Of a stretch of 64,000 nt of DNA, positions 62,038 through 64,000 are shown piece after piece (positions within the stretch are counted from its first letter, which is position 1; each line of letters opens with the position of its first letter). The DNA comes from Felis catus (lineage: Eukaryota), in the NCBI RefSeq assembly GCF_018350175.1, contig NC_058368.1:233680001-233744000 (forward strand). The letters are read 5' to 3'. The position numbers and the translations under genes were made by a program. Under the pieces are notes generated by a model. It searched no databases and had not been told where the DNA came from. It was given only the letters and a program-made list of their open reading frames with translations.

Positions 62038-63369
62038 TTTGCTTATTTTTATTTTTTTTTAAATATGAAATTTATGGTCCAACAGGTGCCCTCCTCAATG
62101 CGCATCACCCACCCTCCCCTCCCTCCCACCCCCCATCAACCCTCAGTTTGTTCTCAGTTTTTAAGAGTCTCTTACGGTTTGCCTCCCTCCCTAACTTTTT
62201 TTTTCCCTTCCCCTCCCCATGGTCTTCTGTTAAGTTTCTCAGGATCCACATAAGAGTGAAAACATATGGTATCTGTCTTTCTCTGGATGACTTATTTCAC
62301 TTAGCATAACACTCTCCAGTTCTATCCACATTGCTACAAAAGGTCAGATTTCATTCTTTCTCATTGCTAAGTAGTATTCCATTATATACATAAACCACGA
62401 CTTCTTTATCCATTCGTCAATTGATGGACATTTAGGCTCTTTCCATAATTTAGCTATTGTTGAAAGTGCCACTATAAACATTGGGGTACAAGTGCCCCCA
62501 TGCATCAGCACTCCTGTATCCCTTGGGGAAATTCCTAGCAGTGCTATTGCTGGGTCATAGGGTAGATCAATGTTTACTTTTTTAAGGAACCTCCACACTG
62601 TTTTCCAGAGTGGCTGCACCAGTTTGCATTCCCACCAGCAGTGCGAGAGGGTTCCCGTTTCTCCACATCCTCGCCAGCATCTAGAGTCTCCTGATTTGTT
62701 CATTTTAGCCACTCTGACTGGCGTGAGGTGGTATCTCAGTGTGGTTTTCATTTGAATTTCCCTGACGAGGAGTGATGTTGAGCATTGTTTCAGGTGTCTG
62801 TTGGCCACCTGGATGTCTTCTTTGGAAAAGTGTCTGTTCATGTCTTCTGCCCATTTCTTCACTGGATTATTTGTTTTTCGGGTGTGGAGTTTGGTGAGTT
62901 CTTTATAGGTTTTGGATACTAGCCCTTTATCCAATATGTCATTTGCAAATATCTTTTCCCATTCCGTTGGTTGCCTTTTAGTTTTGCTGACTGTTTCCTT
63001 TGCAGTGCAGAAGTTTTTTGTCTTCATGAGGTTCCAATAGTTCATTTTTGCTTTTAATTCCCTTGCCTTTGGAGACGTGTCAAGTAAGAAATTGCTGCGG
63101 CTGAGGTCAGAGAGGTTTTTTCCTGCTTTCTCCTCTAGGGTTTTGATGGTTTCCTGTCTCACATTCAGGTCCTTTAACCATTTTGAGTTCATTTTTGTGA
63201 ATGGTGTAAGAAAGTGTATAAACCACAATTTCTTTACCCACTCATCAGCTGATGGACATTTAGGCTCTTTCCATAATTCGGCTATTGTTGAAAGTGCTGC
63301 TACAAACATTGGGGTACAAGTGCCTCTATGCATCAGCACTCCTGGATCCCTTGGGTAAACTCCTAGCAG
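62038..63369 (-). mobile_element. Young feline-type L1, 5'-truncated (ORF2 C-terminus plus 3' UTR), with an extra 5' segment
   Basis: ORF 62344..63411 encodes the L1 ORF2 C-terminus (..[29 protein letters not shown]..). T-rich tail near 62038-62060. TSD TGTTTTGAAATTC at 62025-62037 and 63370-63382. Confidence 0.92.
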
Positions 63370-63545
63370 TGTTTTGAAATTCCTAACAACTGCAGTTTGT
63401 ACGGGGCCCACGTAACATGTGGCAGATACAGGTGCTGACAGATGTGTGTTCTATGTCCACCGGGCCTTTGAACATGCCCAGGTACATGAGAAAGTAGAAA
63501 TAAGGCTCCTACAGCTCCTATTATCTTCTCAGTTCCCTCACACTT

Positions 63546-64000
63546 ATTATGGGTTAAAGTGTGTGCCCGCACCAAAGAGAGAGAGAAAGAGAGAGAAAGA
63601 GAGAGAAGAAAAAGGAAAAAAACAGATATGGGAAGTCCTAACCCCAATACCTCCAAACATGGGCCTATTTGGAAACAGGGTCACTGCAGGTGTAATTAGT
63701 TAAGATGAGCTCACACACGCATAGGCGGTCCCCCAGTATGACTGATGTCCCTACAAGAAAGCAGCCATGGGAAGACGGACAGACGCAGGGAGAGCACCAC
63801 AGGAGGACAAAGGCAGAGAGGCTGGTCACATAACTGCAGTCCGAGACGCCAGTGATCGCCAGGGCACCACGAGAAGCTAGCAAGAGGCAAAGAAGGATTC
63901 TCCTACAACTGCAGAGGGAGAGTGGCCCTGCCACACCTCGATTCTGGATCTGTGGCCTCTAGAACTGCGGGGCAGCGCATTTCTATTGTCCTCAGTCACT
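63546..64000 (+). mobile_element. MaLR MLT1A/B-like LTR (runs off the window) with a GA-rich insert
   Basis: gaagtcctaacccc..tatttggaaacagggtc..gtaattagttaagatgag; gaagctagcaagaggcaaagaaggattctcc; tggcctctagaactg. Confidence 0.8.

Noticed and set aside
62344..63411. 355-aa ORF as a cellular gene
   Set aside because: It is a truncated L1 ORF2 C-terminus with no endonuclease or reverse transcriptase core and no promoter.
1..64000. Prokaryotic systems (CRISPR, operons, IS elements)
   Set aside because: The sequence is mammalian (Can-SINEs, L1, MIR), with no regularly spaced repeat-spacer array or dense ORFs.

Overview
Mammalian genomic DNA, almost certainly from a cat-family (feliform) carnivore, judged from about 32 tRNA-derived Can-SINEs of the feline type and a young feline-type L1. 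Much of the window is interspersed repeat (SINEC, old and young L1, L2, MIR, MaLR LTRs, hAT MITEs, microsatellites). I find no intact protein-coding gene, and most ORFs in the supplied track are repeat-derived or chance. The main hidden signal is a chain of more than 20 small minus-strand exon remnants, mostly with AG/GT boundaries and matching intron phases, from about 57.5 kb to about 10.3 kb and possibly to the window start. The exons from 57484 to 31340 translate to a peptide colinear with the C-terminal region of GREB1/GREB1L, including the TET/JBP-associated glycosyltransferase (TAGT) domain. The peptide is far too divergent to be GREB1 or GREB1L and carries many stops and frameshifts, so I infer an ancient intron-containing GREB1-family paralogue that has decayed into an unprocessed pseudogene. 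Further exons continue past the position where GREB1 ends. The GREB1 comparison was made by eye against a sequence recalled from memory and needs an HMM/BLAST check. Also present are a tailless tRNA-Lys half retrocopy with a TSD, a chimeric L1, a twin-primed inverted L1 and a GC-shifted L1 fragment. Repeat coordinates and subfamily calls are approximate.
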